Positions 61,702 through 64,000 of a stretch of DNA of 64,000 nt are shown piece by piece. The notes below the pieces were generated by a model, which saw only the letters and a list, made by a program, of their open reading frames with translations, ran no database searches and was not told where the DNA came from. Origin of the DNA: a bacterium (GTDB lineage Bacteria; UBA10199; 2-02-FULL-50-16; JAJFLM01); contig CBDCFN010000016.1 in the NCBI GenBank assembly GCA_965216315.1, positions 1,824,001 through 1,888,000 of the forward strand. Direction: 5' to 3'. Made by a program: the position numbers and the translations under genes. Every line of letters starts with the position of its first letter. The stretch's first letter is position 1.

Positions 61702-63675
61702 TTACAATAGTTTCGTAATTTCCATCATAATCTGATTTAAATCAAAATCCTTAGGCGTATAGATACCCGCTACGCCTGCCTCCTTTAAAATTTCTTCATC
61801 AGATTTAGGGATGATTCCGCCAACAATGACCGGAATATCACCGATACCGCGTTCCTTGAGTTGAGACAGAATCGACTTAACCAATGGAACATGCGACCCC
61901 GACAGGATGGATAGTCCTATCACATGGACACCTTCTTGCAAGGCCGCGCTAACAATTTGTTCCGGGGTCAATCGAATCCCTTGATAAATAACCTCATAGC
62001 CGACATCACGGGCCCGAATTGCAATCTGCTCCGCCCCGTTTGAATGTCCGTCGAGACCGGGTTTTCCGACCAACATACGGGGTCGCCCCCCCATTTTTTC
62101 AGCGAGCACATTAACCTGCTGACGAACGTTTTCAAGTTCCATATCGCCGGAAGCACGAAGTGGCTGACCTCCAACGCCAGTCGGAGCCCGATACTCACCA
62201 AAGACCTCACGCAAGGCGGCCCCCCACTCGCCAGTCGTCACTCCTGCATGCGCCGCCTTAATGGATGCGGGGACAATATTCTCATCCGATGCGGCCACGC
62301 GCTTTAGTTCGGCAATCGCTTCCTTGACGGCATTGGCATCACGTTGCTTGCGGAATTCATTTAAGGCCTGTTTCTCGCGCTCGTCGACTTTCGGATCAAT
62401 CTTAAGAAACCCCCCGTCCTGGCCACTGACTAATGGCGAGGGCTCCGCTTCTTGATAGCAATTGATACCCACGACCTTTATCTCACCGCTCTCAATACGG
62501 CGAATGCGTTCACTATGAGAAGCAACCAATCGCCCCTTCATATAATCAATGGCCTTCACCGCACCACCCATGGTCATCACTTTATCTATTTCTGCCTGAG
62601 CCTCGGCTTTGAGTGCCTTGACTTTTTCATCAATGACCGGAGACCCATCAAAAATATCTTCATATTCCAGCAAATCAGTCTCATAGGCGAGAACTTGCTG
62701 AAGCCGCAACGAAAGTTGTTGATCCCACGGCCGCGGAATTCCAAGGGCTTCATTCCAGGCAGGCAATTGGATCGCCCGCGCCCGCGCACCCTTTGATAAG
62801 GTTACGGCCAACATCTCATAGATAATGCGCGCGATATTATTCTCAGGCTGACATTCCGTCAGGCCCAACGAATTGACCTGAACCCCGTAACGAAAACGCC
62901 TATATTTTGGATCTTCAACTCCATAACGATCCTTGGTCAACTCATACCACATATCGGTAAAGGCGCGCATTTTGCACATCTCTTCAATAAATCGAACGCC
63001 GGCATTCACAAAGAAAGAAATACGCCCGACGACCCTTGGAAAGTCCTCTTCTGAAATAACGTCACGGCGCTTCACTTCATCAAGTACTGTCATCGCATTA
63101 CAAAGCGAGTAGGCTATTTCTTGGGCGGGAGTCGCACCGGCTTCCTGCAAATGATAACTGCAGATATTCATCGGATTCCACTTGGGAATATGCTGCACGG
63201 TATATGTGATCATGTCGGTCTGAAGTCGCAGGGATGCTTCCGGGGGAAAAATATAAGTTCCCCGCGACAGATACTCTTTAATAATATCGTTTTGAGTCGT
63301 CCCCTGTAGTTGCTCCGCCTTGGAACCCTGATCTTCAGCCGTCGCCACATAAAGGGCCAACAGCCACGCGGCGGTCGCGTTGATCGTCATCGACGTATTC
63401 ATCTGCCCCAGCTCAATCCCGTCAAAAAGCATCTTCATGTCTTCAATGTTCTTGATCGGCACACCGACCTTGCCGACTTCACCTGTCGCCATCACATCGT
63501 CGACTTCGTAGCCGGTCTGGGTCGGCAAATCGAAGGCCACGGAGAGCCCGGTCTGCCCCTTGGCCAAATTGGTCTTATAAAGCTCATTGGAGGCCTGAGC
63601 GGAAGAATGCCCCGAATAGGTCCGCATCATCCACGGCCTATCGCGTTTCAGCTTCTTTTTAGACTCATCAGCCAT
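61702..63675 (-). CDS. ecm: Ethylmalonyl-CoA mutase (MeaA)
   Basis: [21 protein letters not shown]12 motif GLDGHSNG; adjacent to ccr. Confidence 0.93.
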   Translation of the reverse strand: MADESKKKLKRDRPWMMRTYSGHSSAQASNELYKTNLAKGQTGLSVAFDLPTQTGYEVDDVMATGEVGKVGVPIKNIEDMKMLFDGIELGQMNTSMTINATAAWLLALYVATAEDQGSKAEQLQGTTQNDIIKEYLSRGTYIFPPEASLRLQTDMITYTVQHIPKWNPMNICSYHLQEAGATPAQEIAYSLCNAMTVLDEVKRRDVISEEDFPRVVGRISFFVNAGVRFIEEMCKMRAFTDMWYELTKDRYGVEDPKYRRFRYGVQVNSLGLTECQPENNIARIIYEMLAVTLSKGARARAIQLPAWNEALGIPRPWDQQLSLRLQQVLAYETDLLEYEDIFDGSPVIDEKVKALKAEAQAEIDKVMTMGGAVKAIDYMKGRLVASHSERIRRIESGEIKVVGINCYQEAEPSPLVSGQDGGFLKIDPKVDEREKQALNEFRKQRDANAVKEAIAELKRVAASDENIVPASIKAAHAGVTTGEWGAALREVFGEYRAPTGVGGQPLRASGDMELENVRQQVNVLAEKMGGRPRMLVGKPGLDGHSNGAEQIAIRARDVGYEVIYQGIRLTPEQIVSAALQEGVHVIGLSILSGSHVPLVKSILSQLKERGIGDIPVIVGGIIPKSDEEILKEAGVAGIYTPKDFDLNQIMMEITKLL

Positions 63676-63765
63676 TCACGTATCCTTCCCGATCATGGGG
63701 TTGTCCCCAATGACTCATCGCATTATGACTGTTATAGGAGATGATCCGTAGCGGGGTCAAGCGGC

Positions 63766-63999
63766 CTAAGGACTAGGAGTCAGGCTTTCACGGAGCCCCA
63801 GATCGGTAATTTTGCTCATGATTAATTCAACAATGCGGGCTCGCTCCTGCTCATCCTCTATTAAAGAGAGCAGACTCCGTGCCTCTTGAAAGGTCTCGAG
63901 GGCCCATTCCTCAAATTCAGCCATCGCAATGCCTGCAGCGGTTTCCGCGAGACCTGCGGCGCGCGCTGCAGGCTCGTCCAGCGTGCGCGCATATTCGAT
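63766..63999 (-). CDS. C-terminal fragment of a helical-repeat protein entering from the window end
   Basis: Open frame ...IEYARTLDEPAARAAGLAETA...RESLTPSP*. Confidence 0.5.
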   Translation of the reverse strand: MEYARTLDEPAARAAGLAETAAGIAMAEFEEWALETFQEARSLLSLIEDEQERARIVELIMSKITDLGLRESLTPSP

Positions 64000-64000
64000 G

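Overview
64 kb of bacterial chromosome. Gene content and regulatory sites point to a deltaproteobacterial-grade organism (Myxococcota/Bdellovibrionota/Desulfobacterota-like); this is inferred, not proven. Core content: a complex I operon nuoABCDHIJKLMN with no nuoEFG in the window, followed directly by a second, strongly diverged nuoJKLMN set; an F0 ATP synthase operon behind hemL; glpK; hopanoid genes hpnG/hpnH; gap-pgk-tpiA-secG; CIRCE-controlled groES-groEL; and an ethylmalonyl-CoA pathway cluster (mcm, hbd, ccr, ecm) interrupted by a FIST/PAS/kinase/regulator block. Most notable: (1) the canonical NuoL has a 26-residue duplication in its lateral helix, the hallmark of complexes with an extra pumping subunit, while the neighbouring second membrane arm has lost many proton-pumping residues; (2) a synonymously recoded copy of the nuoC 3' end inside a micro-ORF; (3) a tRNA-Leu with an AAG anticodon; (4) a candidate sigma54/IHF-driven CA-rich small RNA; (5) two families of short structured repeats; (6) sigma54- and sigma28-like promoters in front of orphan genes; (7) a permuted ATP-grasp plus M14 deacylase pair. 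No CRISPR array, rRNA, transposase or integrase was seen. All assignments come from reading motifs by eye; no database searches were run.
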